From positions 805,537 to 869,536 of the forward strand of contig MU054204.1 of the NCBI GenBank assembly GCA_013239625.1: DNA of 64,000 nt, in the 5' to 3' direction. Shown one piece after another: positions 1-15,026 of the stretch (positions are counted from its first letter, which is position 1; the number at the start of each line of letters is the position of its first letter). The stretch is from Lama guanicoe. Its lineage: Eukaryota. Below the pieces are notes generated by a model. That model was not told the origin of the DNA. It saw only the letters and a program-made list of their open reading frames with translations, and did no database searches. A program made the position numbers and the translations under genes.

Positions 1-673
1 AGGATAATCCAAACGGGAGATTATTTTCAAATAGCTTGTATCTGATTCTGGAACACACTTGAATCAGGGTGGGTCTAATGGTCTGCAAATTTACTTTAAT
101 GATCTTTTTGTGGGGAGCGGGCAATTAGGTTTGTTTGTTTGTTTGTTTTAATGGAGGTACTGGGGATTGAACCCAGGACCTCATACATGCTAAGTATGCA
201 CTCTAACACTGAGCTATACCCTCCCCTCTGGCAAATTCACTTTACATGAAAGAATGAAGCCAGGAGGTGACAAGTAACTCAAGAAGCCCTGCAAAACTGT
301 CCAGGGTGTGGAGGAGGATGGATATCAATTCAGAGATTACAGTACTGCCTAAACTGAGTTGCAAGCTCTTATTTTCTGGTTTGAATCTCCATTTCAAATC
401 TCCCTACATAGAGAATGTAGGGAACTACCTTGGTAGTTGAGTGCTAAAGAAAAGAAACAAACCAATAAAAACCAAGGAAGGAGGAGGAAAATACCTGAAC
501 AGATTTTCCTTTTTGGTTTCTGCTGAAACATGGAAATGACAATGGGTACTGAAAATAAAATATGCTGGCCCAATGTCTGCTTTTGATGATCCTATTATTA
601 CTTTAGGATCACTTGTGAATTTCTTGATAAGTAGACATTGATAACAACTGTAAAAAATATACATTTTGCTATA

Positions 674-748
674 TATTGGATTGAACCATATGAAATTCCT
701 ATTTTAGTGGTCAAAATGTTTGACAACTTCATTGGGTTCAACCTAATA
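674..748. mobile_element. MADE2-like mariner MITE
   Basis: TA-flanked inverted repeats tattggattgaaccatatgaaatt ... ggttcaacctaata, about 75 bp. Confidence 0.75.
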
Positions 749-1329
749 CTTCACTTTATTGGTAAACTCTAAAGCTACCTTATAAGAACCAAAAAAAAAA
801 AGGTGCTGGTCAGACACTGTGTTTTGTTTTATTTGTTTGTTTGTTGTTTTGAAGTATAGTCAGTTTACAATACTGTGTCAACTACTGGTATGCAGCATAT
901 AGTTTCAGTCATACGTATACATACAAGTATTCCTTTTCATATTCTTTTTCATTATAGGTTACTACAAGATATTGAATATAGTTCCCTGTTTGAACAAACT
1001 AACTACTCTATATAAAATAAACAACAGGTTTCTAGTGTATAGCACAGGGTCAGATATTGTTTTGATTGAAAATGCACTGAAATAAATACCTCACCATCCT
1101 TTTTGAGTGACAAATATGTTTTCCAAGGAAAAGGGAAAAACATTGCTACTTAAAAATCTCATCACTGAGGTTGGTATTTGGCCTAAAACTAGGCTTGGGC
1201 AATTTTAGATAGATGTACAATCATCTAAGAAGTTATGAGAACACATGGGGGTAAAAAGGGCTTTGAGGGGAGTGAGGGATAATGTTAGGTGATGTTGGAA
1301 GCGCCACACGAGCTACGAGAATTGTATTA

Positions 1330-2088
<759 letters not shown>

Positions 2089-2165
2089 TCAGGACTGCAG
2101 TGTACACAGATGATAGCCTGACACAAGACCACACACAAGCTCGACAGATAGTTAAAAGCTGTTAC

Positions 2166-2246
2166 CTCTTCCAGGCTGAATAATACTCCACCGATAGGTG
2201 CCCCAAAGGCTACAGATACACCAGCAGCCGCTGCAGCAGACAAGAC
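2166..2246 (-). CDS. CLCN5: CLCN5 exon (81 nt), [27 protein letters not shown]
   Basis: Overlaps ORF 1968..2243(-). LFSLEE carries the proton glutamate typical of CLC exchangers. AG/GT boundaries. Confidence 0.97.
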
Positions 2247-5200
2247 CTACAATCCAAAACTCAAAATTAGTGATGGAATACTACGACTTTCTTACTTTCG
2301 ATCACGTTTTTAAAAGGAATGTCAGTGGTTACCGAACATTTAAAGAAGTCTTCCATACTTCACATCCAGTTTATCAAAAACAAAGTTCAATTTACTATTT
2401 ACTTGGAGAGCAAACATCGCACGCTGAATTTTGAACACATGGTTCACATGCTGGAACAAGGAGAGGGCCTTTGCTTTGTGATTAATTTAGGCACCTCCAT
2501 GATTCCAAATTACACCCCCATCCCCAGTACTCCCAGTTCAGTAACTGAATTTGAATCTGTAGACCTATCCACCACCTATATGAAATACTTACAACAATGT
2601 ATTCACCTAACACTTTATAAAGAAAAGCTTTTTAAATGAGATTTTAAACAATGTTTTAATTTTTAATTTTTTAATTGAACTGTAGTTGATTTACAATGTT
2701 AGTTTCAGGTGTACACAGCAAAGCGATTTGGTTATACCTATGCATACATTTTTTTTCAGATTCTTTTTCATTAGATATTATTACAAGAAACTGAAGATAG
2801 TTCCCCATGCTACACAGTAGGTCCTTGTTGTTTATGTATTTTATATATAGTAATGTGTATCTGTTAATCTCAAATTCCTCATTTATCCCTCCCACCCTTT
2901 CCCTTTTCAAGAGATTTTAAAGAAGGCTCTAATGATACAAAACTGAAGTAACAACTGGCTCACAGCTATTCAGGAGCTGCAAATCATCATACAGTAGGTA
3001 TTTAGGGTTTCCTGTCCTATGTGCCCTAATCCATGCCTAGTGACCTACAGAAATGGAAATGAGGAGGCAACTAGAGGCAAGGGTGGGGATAGATTTGAAA
3101 GGGAAGAGAAGATCTGAGTGTGTTTAGGTGTGGCAAGGAAAAGGGTGAGGAGGGAGAAGAGGAGGAAGAAGCTGTCAGAGAGAAATTAAAAGGGACAAGG
3201 AGACAGGGAAAGAGAGCAAGAAATATGTAGAGAGCGCCACCTTGGTATGTAGGCAAAGGAATGTGGAGATAAAAGGTGCATGACCTTTGCCAAGTTGCTG
3301 TTTCCCCCACAGCCCCTTCAACTTCATCAGTTTTCTTCTCTTCTTACTTCAAGATTCTAAAATGTGTAGATAACTTAAAACTTTTGTGAGGAAGATTAAT
3401 ATGATCAATAAAACTTTTAATGTCAAGTGTCAAAAAATACAAGTCCTTTCATTGGATTCTGGTTGCTGGGGAGTGATATATGATTTGTGGTAGCCGGGAA
3501 GTATTTTCAAGAGCAAGTTGAATACAATTAAGAGTTTTGGAGGAATAAAATGGTTCTTGGCAAAATAAACAGGCAGGTTTCTCTGGAAGAGCAGGATGGC
3601 CCAAGAAAATGAAGGGGAGGAAAGAGTGATCTCTGGGGCTAGCTGGAGAGGACTCTGAAATCCAAGGCTATAACAATGGCTTTCGTCTGAGAAGGATGAG
3701 GACCTTCAACACGGAACCTGAGAAAGGGGATTTCAGTGAGTTTGTTTAGGATGAATTATGAGAGAAGAATGAATCAAGGTGATGAGTTTGCTTTAATTTT
3801 ATGTTGGAGAGTGGAATTTACCAATGCCCTGCCTTCTAAAATCTCTATTTTACTCTCAACTCACTGGTCATTTTGACAAGGCCCTGGGACATAAAAGGGT
3901 TACTGCTGACAGTGAGAGTGACAGGGAAAAATAACTGCAAAGTCTAAATAAGCAAAAGGAAGCAAATGACATAGTCAAATATTCACGAGTTTAGTTAGAG
4001 AAATATACGACATCTGTACAAAGAAACAGCCAAATCAAACTTCTCTCTCATTTTATAAGGAACTCTTTGAACAAAAATGCCAGTTTTATGGAATGAAAGT
4101 AACCAGCAACCTACAGTTTCAAAGTCACCTCTACCTACGCAAAACCAACAACAATTGACACTTCATTCTTGCCAGTTAAAATGTTTTTTTTTCCATCTCT
4201 TTAGCTTCTGTTGTACATTATTCCTGTCTAACAACCTCACCGATGTAATACTGCCTTTATGTCCCTCTACATTTGACAGATAGCTAAACAAACTACTCAG
4301 ATTTCCCTTCTCTCTCCTGCTAACCTTCCTCTTCTGCCAGGAACTTTCCCCCTTGAACTATCAAAATGTATTCCATATTTGAAATCTCAATATCTCTGAG
4401 CTTCCTTCCAAGTCTTATGGTTAATTTTGCTTTGTTTTTGCTTTCAGAATCAATCATTGGGTTCCAATTTTGTGAAAGATCCTTTCTAATGCAATGACCT
4501 TGGTCTCGACCCATTCCATATGTGACTTCTTTGTAATTAAAGGAAAACAGAGCAAGAACCCTTATTTTCTTAAATCCTTAATTACAGCAGGACAAAAGTA
4601 ACCAATGACTCGGAACTTTCTTTTTTTCAAATGTTCTTCCTTCTCAAAATGATACACATTAACAACTGTGTAAACATGAGAACAAGGACAGAGATGCTGC
4701 AGTGGGACTAATTTAGTGGGACTGAGGCAGAAGTCAGAGATCCAGTACAGAAAGAAACTAATTCTGCATGTCAGGTAGGTGGAAACAAAAGATGAAAATG
4801 TGGGCATCTGAAACATGTGCTGAATTTATGTTCTTTCATGGGAATAAACAACTTCTTTTAAAAATCTTCCATTGTTTTTGTAACTTATTTTGTAACAGAA
4901 TCAGCACACCCTTGTATAGGATTATATATAATAAAAAGTTACAGTTCCGACTTCTTCGCTAGGACCTCCCTTTCCCACTCACCAGAGGCAGACACTTTTA
5001 ACAGTTTGGGGTAAAACCACTTTCCAGCCATTTTCTTTCTAGGTATGTACACACACACACATACACACTTTCCAAAAACATTAACTGAATTTTACTATAC
5101 ACATTATTCTGAAATTGGCTTTTGAAACCTTAATGGTATTTTATAGCCATCATTCCATGTCAGTATACATAGTGCGATCTCATTCTGTTTTTAAATTCTT

Positions 5201-5649
5201 TTTAATTTTTGTTTGTTTGTTTGGTTTGGGGGGGTGCTTGAGTAATTAGATTTATTTATTTATTTTTAATGGAGGTACTGGGGATTGAACCCAGGACCTC
5301 ATGCATGCTAAGCACACACTCTATCACTGAGCTATACCTTCCCCCCCATCTTATTCTTTTAAATAGTTGCATCATATTCTAGAGTATGGACAGAATATTG
5401 TTTATTTAATCAGTCCCCCGTTGATGGACATTTTGATTGTTTCAATTTTTCACGATGTTGACAGAGACTGCACTGACCATCCCCATCCCCATACACCTTG
5501 TGCACATATGACAAAACGTCTGTAGGACAGATTCCTAGAAGTGGAACTGCCCAAATTCTCATCCTTAAGATTGTACCATTTAGGCTGTCACCAAAAAAAG
5601 ACTATTAAGGAGGGATGGGATAATAGCTCAGTGGTAGAGCGCATGATTA

Positions 5650-5976
<327 letters not shown>

Positions 5977-6791
5977 CTAAGAAAGTAAACAAGGCTCAGA
6001 AGCAATCATCCGGTCCTCATTATAGAAACTGCACCTTTTGGACCAAGTGACATATAAATGCTTGACCCGTGGTGATCTCAGTTTGGGAGGGAACCCAGGA
6101 GCCCAAGAATGTAACAATTGTTCTTTCAACTTTCATGTTCCTTTTTTCTTTCTTTTTTTTTTTTTGAGGGGGGTGGCCATGGGATAGCTGAGCAAGAGAG
6201 TATTAGAAGTATGAGCCTCGATGGATATGGAAAAGGGGTGGAGGAAAGGGAGGTTATTTCCCTTACTTACATCCTTACAGGCTAGTAAAACCTTGATTCT
6301 CTGCCAAGACATTTGTAACTATGACTTGGTCAGGAAACAGAGAAGGGCAAAGTCATCTAGGTAACCTAAAATCTCAGCAGTTTCGGTCACTGTCAAGCAA
6401 TCTAAACCAAAAGGAGTTAGAAACAGGGTTTGAATCACCCTCCTTCTGGCCCACATCATATTGTAGGAAATGTAGCAAAATTGTTTTATTTCTTCTGCTC
6501 TCACAAAGTTGACAGTACTACTATTTTTTTAGGCCAGAATCCTGGGATCTACCCTAGTTGCTTCTTGGGTAAGCAGTTGGGGAGGTCTTTAGGGCTCTGG
6601 TTTACCAGGAACCCTCAGGAGACTAGGAATTGACTCCCTTTAATGTCCTAGGCTGGGAGAAGACTTCAGGGAAGATGTCGAGAGGCCCTACATTATATTC
6701 AATTGTGGTATATGCTAGAAAACCTAGTAGATGGTTTTCACTAAAAGGGATTCATTATTGTTCCCATTTAGAAGCCATTTTAGAGACTCAC

Positions 6792-6914
6792 CTCAGGGAT
6801 TCCGGAGCCGCAGGCATAAGGTGCGAACACCTTGACAAGAGAGACGGCAAGGAAGGCAAACAGGAGAGCCCAGAGGACGTACATGAAATAATTGACTATG
6901 TAGGCAAAGGCTCC
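6792..6914 (-). CDS. CLCN5: CLCN5 exon (123 nt), [41 protein letters not shown]
   Basis: Manual translation. Contains the CLC selectivity motif GSGIPE and has canonical splice sites. Confidence 0.97.
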
Positions 6915-9900
6915 CTGGAGTAGAGAAAAAAGAGGGAAGCTTGTTTTAGCCCAGACAGCCCCAGTGAGTGCTTCTGAGTAATGGGTTTTCAGTAGAGGAG
7001 GTAAGAAAGAAAAAAAAAGACGATATTAAATTAGTCAAGATGTTCCTTCCCAGACTATCAGCAAAGAAACTACTGAACCACGGTCAGCCCACTTGCTACT
7101 GAAAATGAGAGGCTTTGCCACACCCAAAGGAAATCGATAATGGCTTCTAAGTATCCTTACATACTCAGACAAGAACAAAGAAGCAAATTCACTCTCTATA
7201 TGAGTGCTCTGACAGATTTTGTAGTCAAATATATATGATACTATTGTCAATTTTATTCGGTCTTAATAGACTTCTTTGCATTTTTTTTAATTGAAGTATA
7301 GTCAGTTTACAATGTTGTGTCAGTTTCTGGTGTATGGCATAGGAATGGCTTAACCTTGGCTACACATCTGAAGTGAAGACTCGTTCTAAAGTTCCATTAC
7401 ATTCACCTTTGGCTACTACCTACCTTGGTGTCAAATTTTCATAGGAAGTTAAAGTGTCTAAAATTCCTGGGTGTTTTGCTTAAAATAAACAAGTACATTC
7501 TATAGAGATGACCACAGCTTTGAGAGAATTTTGCCTCTGGAGTAGCCAACGGGTAGATGTTCAGTAGACTGGGTAACAAGAATATGCAGTAGAAAGTTGC
7601 AGGCTCTGCCCATCAAACAAAACCTGCGAGATGCCAGATGTCCCAAAGAATAAAATGGCAACAGCTACTTTTAAAATGGAGAGAATAGGGGGCAGGGTGT
7701 ATAGCTCAGTGATAGAGTGCATGTTTTACATGCACAACGTCCTGAGTTCAATCCCCAGCACTTCCATTAAAATGGAGAAAATATACTTTTGAGACTCTCC
7801 CCCATTATAATGGAAGTCTGCCAGGAAAACAATCTAATTTTGACTCTTAATAAGGATTCCCCGACATTAAAGGGCCTGTAAACAGCTATGCCTTACAAAA
7901 AAGATATTTTGGACATGAGCAGGGTATGCTTGCTAATAGAAATATTCAAAGTCGAAACTCACTCAAATTATGTGAAACACAAAACTCAATGGTCTTGTGA
8001 CTTTTTAAAATCTAAAACATTATCAAAATAAGTCATTGACCTAGACAAGGAGAACCAAAATGCTCAGGTTTTTCCTGAGCATTGATTACTGAGTTATGAT
8101 TCTGACACACGTTTCCCATTATTTTAGTCTCTCAGAGGAACTAATAATTGCTCTCTATTGGCCTTTCAAATCTAGCTAGGGAGGAAGAAGACTCTAGAGG
8201 TAGGAAACAAAGAGGGAAAGGGAGTGAAAGGGAAAACAGCTGACACTGGCTAGAGGCAGAGCTCAGGAGGTCAAGTTCTCTGCAGGAGAACTCGTTTTAA
8301 AACCTAGAAGACGCTTTACCCAGTCATTCATTTTAAAAGGAGAGCCCGAGAAATGTGTGTCACTTTAACAAATCTCCAGCTCCAGTTTCAAAGCTACAGG
8401 TGGAACACTTTAACACACACACACACAGCTCTAAAGCCATAGCGTCGGGGAGCCTCGTGGTGATGGAACAAGAGTTCTACATCTTGGTTGTGGTGGTGGC
8501 TACACAAATCTACACATGTGGTAAAACTGCAGAGAATGACACACACACACCCCACACACACATCTATGCCTATACAAATGGTGAATAAGGTACACAGATT
8601 GCACCAATGTCAATTTCTTTGTTTTGCTACTGTACGAATACGCTATCATTGGGGAAGGCTGGGTGAAGGGTATGCAGGACCTCCCTGTACATTGCTTTGC
8701 AACTTCCTGTGAATCTATAATCACTTCAAAAATAAAAGAGTAAAAAGAAAGCAAAGGAAATACACACACACACAGACTCACCCTAAATTCCAGGGCTTCT
8801 CAAACTTTTCTACCCAAGTACGTACCCCTAATCTAGGAGAGAGGATAGGGAGTGGAGTACCCAGCAGCAGAGCTGAAACAGATTATGTTTTATCTTAAAC
8901 ATGGGGATTTTGCATTCCTTTTTAATGACTGTTTACATTTAATTTGGGGGGAAAATCCAAATATTCAGGGAAAAAAAGGATATTCTGGGAAGGCACATAG
9001 CATGTATCTTGAGGCTTCACTTACCCTCTCGTACACTGACCTTACCCCAGTGTGAGAAGCACAGATTTAAACCCTCTAGGGGGTGAGGGGAGGGTAGAGC
9101 TCAGTGGTAGAGAGCATGCTTAAGCATGCGCAAGGTCCTGGGTTCAATCCCCAGTACCTCCATTAAAAAACAAATAAATAAATATACCTAATTACTTCCC
9201 CCCTAAAACAAAACAAAAACAAAAAATTAAAAAAAAACACCTGTCACCCATATAGTATGTATCTAACCCTTTCACTGAACTCTTTCCCCAAACCAAATGC
9301 ACAGTCACATATATACATAAACACTCTTATTTCTGACTTTATTATTTCTAATCCTTCTTTTACCTTGATTGATTCTGTGGGTCCAGGTGCCATTGCAAAT
9401 TGTTTGTGGACCCAAGTAGTTATGAAAATCAATTTTAAAAATACAAATAAATGTCCTAGTCTTCTCCCCCTCACTTTACCAACAGAGCAGATGAGGAGTG
9501 AGTGGCGATGGTACCTGTTTGGGTTGGTGGAATACAGAGCAGAATTGGGAATTCAGAGTTGTTTTGTGTGCTTTTGTTTTTAAGAGGGGAGATCTAATGT
9601 GCAAACCAAGTGGTAATAGAAAGGTAAGGAACTGGAAAACAGAGTTACTTTTACATCGAAAAAGATATGCTAAAAATAAAAAGCAAGGCCAAATGAAAAT
9701 TTTAATTTCATCTCAAAATGGGACTGTGGGCAATTTTATTCCTCGGTTTCTGTTATTTTGATATGGAGTGCATCATTATTTTTTTTAGTGTTCTAATGCA
9801 ATGCTCAAGGAAAAACTACTTTTGGAGTCTATATGATAAATACATTTTTAACCCACTCCATCCTTTGTTAGAAATTATAGCTTACCCGTTACCCGTTGGC

Positions 9901-10026
9901 TGACTCTATTTCTTCTGAAATTACCAGAGAAAGAAAGATCCAGCCACACCGTGTACTAACAACTAAGGAGAAACACCAGGCTTGTTTAAAACACGCAAAA
10001 ATTTTTAAGTTGTTGCATAAGAATCA

Positions 10027-10404
<378 letters not shown>

Positions 10405-12844
10405 TTAGAGGAAGGAAAGGCCACAATTGTCAGAGAAAATGAGGGAAAAGGAATCAAAATTACGGACAAGTATATATTTCTCGTTCCATCTGCAACCTCT
10501 TGCTTGTCTGATTTTCCCTTCTTATCTCTATCATCTTCATTAAACACTGTGTCTGCAAAATTTCTGTGGAACCTCAGGGGAGAGCAAAGTAGTTGGGTGG
10601 GAGCAAGAGGGGAGTGGATGTGACTTTCAGCTGCTTCACATGGTAAAGAGTCTGCTTTGACTTAGGGTTGATGAATATTGCTCCATAAAGACAGACAAGT
10701 TTGTTAAAGACCATTTTATTCTCACCATATAGATAAGATTGGGAAAATGTGAATTGCCCACGTCGAAGAATCTTGCATGTTATTTATTTGAGATGGCCTG
10801 CAGAGAGGAGTTGATGAAGACTACAGGGAGAAAGGCTCAGTCTTAATACTGATTTGACTCCATGGATGAGGGAATTTGAGCAATGGAAGAAAGGCTCAGG
10901 GAATTGAATGTATAAAAGGGAGTTCAAGATTTGCAGATACTGGGGGTAGGAGTATAGCTCAGTGGTAGAGCGCATGCCTAGCATGCATGAGGTCCTGGGT
11001 TCAATTCCCAGTAACTCCAATTAAAAAGAAAAGAGGTTTGTAGATACTAACTACTCTATATAATAATAGATAAACAACAAGGTTCTACTGTAGAGAACAG
11101 GGAACTAAATAAATTCAATATCTTGTAATGGTCTATAGTGAAAAAGAATATGAAAAGGAATATATGTATGTACATGTATGACTGAAACTTTATGCCGTAT
11201 ACCAGAAACTGATACAACACTGTAAACTGATTATATTTCAATTAAAAAAAATTGTAAAGCACAAACTGGGATGTACATGGAAGATTCGATGAAGGTATAA
11301 ACAGGTTAAAGCCTCTTGAGCCTAGGAAGTGAACATTCTGAAGTTTTCTTTTTTTTAACATTTTTTATTGACTTATAATAATTTTACAATGTTCTGTCAA
11401 ATTCCAGTGTAGAGCATAATTTTTCAGTTATACATCAAAGTTTTCTTAGTGAGAAGGAGCAAACAGTATTTTATACACAGCATTTATCCAAGAAAATTAT
11501 GAGAAAAATCCTTTGATGACATCACCATCCAACGCAAATAATTTCTCTCCCTCCCGTCCCTTTCTTTCCCTTTTCCTCCCCTTACATTTTGAGTAAGAAT
11601 CTTTCTTGCCTTTTCTTCTAATTTCTTTCTTTCCTTTTGGTGGGGGTAGGTAATTAGATTTTTTTAAATGGAGATACTGGGGATTGAACCCAGGACCTTG
11701 TGCATGTTAGGCATGCACTCTACTGCTGAGCTATACCCTCCCTCTCCCCCGCTTGCCTTTTTTTCTAAATAGTCCAATAAAAACCTTCTTTTGACTTCAA
11801 TCACCCCTCCCCCCCAAAGAAGAAAAAGAAAATTACAAGAAAATGAATAGTGAAAGGAGACTTATGCACTATGACTAATAGACAGGGTTAAGATAGTTAG
11901 AATACATTTGATTCTGGCCCTCTCATCGTTTCTGTTGTCCAGATGAAGAAACTGTGGCATAAAGAAATGAAATGGTCTAGAATTGTGTTTTAGGGAAAGA
12001 GCAAAGACATCATAAAATTCACAGCCCCTGAATTCCCAGACTGTTTCTGCCTTTAGACACACTGCTTCTATTGTTGCTCTCCATTGCTCAAAAACAAAAT
12101 ACCCTGTGTGTAGGAGGGAAAGAAAAATATTCACTGACCACCTAGTGACAAGACATACATTAAAAAGTTGAGGATATTATGCCTACGTTCCAACAGGCTG
12201 GAGGCCATGTCATGGGTCTGTTTTGGTAGGTGCTAAGAGTGTTAACACAGGCTATTTACATACTTGAATAACCTAATGAAATCCAACACATTGTTCGACA
12301 CCTAGTCCTGGCCACTCCAGCACCCCCACCTTCTCTTCCTTCTAACTACTATTGCACTGACTGCCGGGATTCAGAAAATTGACATAATGGGAAAGAGTTT
12401 GCCTAGTTCTCTGGTTGTTTTCACATGTGCATGTCTTACCCTACCTAACATCTTATCTTCCCTTCTCCTTTTCCGAATTGGCTCTTTCTTCCCTGGTTAC
12501 GCACATTTTAGCAGGTTTCACTTACCCTAGAGAAGAAAATGCTTCCTTTTGTTCCTGCTATCATTTCAAGTTTCTGGCCCTTCCCTCCTTCCACTGATGA
12601 CCCAGAATCTCCAAGATTTCCCCAATGGTTGCCTTGCCTTGAAATCTGGCTCCTAAAATATTCATCTGTGATGGTTTTTCAAGGTCACTGGTATCCCCCT
12701 AACTGTTAAACTATGTAACTTTTTCTCTGACCCCTTCATTCTCTGACAATACTTGACATTACAGGCCACTCAGTCTATCATGAGCCAGCTTGAAATTGTC
12801 CAGACCACATACCCTCTTCTGTGCAAGCCAGAGAACACCCTAGA

Positions 12845-13245
12845 CCATGGTGGGCAAAGTATGACCCGAGAGTCAAATCTGCCTTCATATTTTGGGGGTT
12901 TTTTTGTTTTTTAATTTTTTTTTGAAATGTAGTTGATTTCCAATGTTAGTTTCACATGTACAGCAAAGTGATTCAGTTAGACCTATACATACATATATAT
13001 TTTCTTTTCAGATTCTTTTCTATTATATGTTCTTACAAAAAATTGAATATAATTCCCTGTACTCTACAGTAGGTCTGCCTTCATGTTTGTAAATAGAGTT
13101 TTTCTTGGTCACAGTCCCACTCATTTGTTTACTTACTGTCTATGGCTACGTTGGGGCTACAGAGACCATTGGGCCCACAAATCTTAAAATATTTACCATC
13201 TGGCCCTTTACAGAAAATTACAGAAAAAGTTGGCCAACCCCTGGC
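12845..13245. mobile_element. MER58-like hAT element split by an L1 3' end
   Basis: Ends catggtgggcaaagt / aaagttggccaacccctg. The insert is flanked by the repeat tctgccttcat (about 12878 and 13075). Confidence 0.7.
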
Positions 13246-13349
13246 CCAGATAATCTTTAAAAACTAGGAGGAACCATTTCTCATTTGCTGTGATCATTTT
13301 ATACTCCACGGCTCACGAATTCTCTCTAGGTACTGGCAGCAGCAGCAGC

Positions 13350-13580
13350 ATCGTGAACAACTGGGCATTGTGCTGAGTGCTATGTGTGCTGTTACTCCAT
13401 TCCATTCTCACAACGGACCTGTAATATAGGTACTCTTGGTCGTCCCCATTTTCCAAGTCAGTAAACTGAAGCTTCCGAGGGATCAGAAACTTGGCCAAGA
13501 TCACAAAACTAGCAAGTGGTGTGGCTGGGATTCAAATCCAGGTAGCCACGAACAAAACCTGTGCTGTTGACTACCATTCC
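13350..13580 (+). mobile_element. MIR SINE (other fragments at about 14720, 26220, 39120 and 54600)
   Basis: Core ccccattttcc...gtaaactgaagct...acttggccaagatcaca...ctgggattcaaatccagg. Confidence 0.7.
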
Positions 13581-14858
13581 ACTCCAACCATCTCCCGATT
13601 TCCCACCTAACTTCTAGTTTAGCTCAATATGCCAGACCTTCCTAGGCCCATCTTTTCATGCCCTGGGGATATAACTCTCAGCATCTTTGCCTGGTATTCA
13701 TGGCTTTCTGCCTCCCCTACGAGAGGGGCAGGCTGCTTGGGAACCTGCTTTAAAGTTGTATTTGTTGGGGAGGGAGGGATTAAACTGGGAGTCTGGGATT
13801 GGCTGATACGAGCTACTACGTACAGAACAGATAAACAACAAGGTCCCACTGTATAGCACAGGGAACTATATTCAATACCTTGTAATGGCCTATAATGAAA
13901 AAGAAAAAAATATATATATGCACACATACCCATTAATTGAACCACTATACTGTACACCAGAAACTAATACAACATTGTAAGTCAACTATATATCAATTTA
14001 AAAAATTATTTTAAAAAAGGGGAAAAAAGCTGTATTGACATAGTAAACAAATTTACGGTTACCGGGGGAAAAGGGAATGGGAAGGGATAAATTGGGAGTT
14101 CAGGATCTGCAGATACTAACTACTATATATAAAATAGATAAACAACAAGGTCCTACTGTACAGCACAGGGAACTCTATTCAATATCTTGTAGTAACCTAT
14201 AATGAAAAAGAATCTGAAAACAAATATATGTATGTATATATGTGACTGAAACATTATGCTGTACACCAGAAATTGATACATTATAACTGACTATACTTCA
14301 ATTAAAAAAAACAAGATTTAAAAATAGCTGTATTTGCATGGCAAGTGTACTATTCCTAGTTAGATTGTATGTTACTTGGAATGGCTTTGAAAGTTGATGG
14401 AGATGATAGGAAAAGGTGGTACCATCCCACTCCTCAGGCAGCATGAAAGAGTAAGATTGTAGGCTCCTTGAGGGTATGAGCCATATCTTACATGCTTTCA
14501 TTTACCACCAAATGTAGACATTTAAGAAACAGCTACAAAAATCTCTTAGGAAGTTCTCTTCCACATCTTCTTTCCTAAACCTCATGTGTTAAAAAAAAAA
14601 AGCAGCAGCTAATTTCTCCAACAGAAAGGCTCCTCCTTAAGGACCAAAAGGCAGTGCTAACAGCACCTTAAAATGGACACAATATTTTGCAGTGTACAGA
14701 TGCATTTAAATACATTTCCTCATTTAATCTCATTGATTTAAGGAAGGAGGTGAGGTATTAGTGCCTCTTTGCAGATTGGGGCATCAAGCTTCCAAAAGGT
14801 CCACTAGCAAATCCTTTCATGCAGTAAAACAGCAAAGCACAGCATTCAATTCAGTTCA

Positions 14859-15026
<168 letters not shown>

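Noticed and set aside
10942..11020. tRNA-Ala(AGC)-like sequences here and elsewhere
   Set aside because: They have A-rich tails, TSDs and many diverged copies, so they are SINEs rather than tRNA genes.
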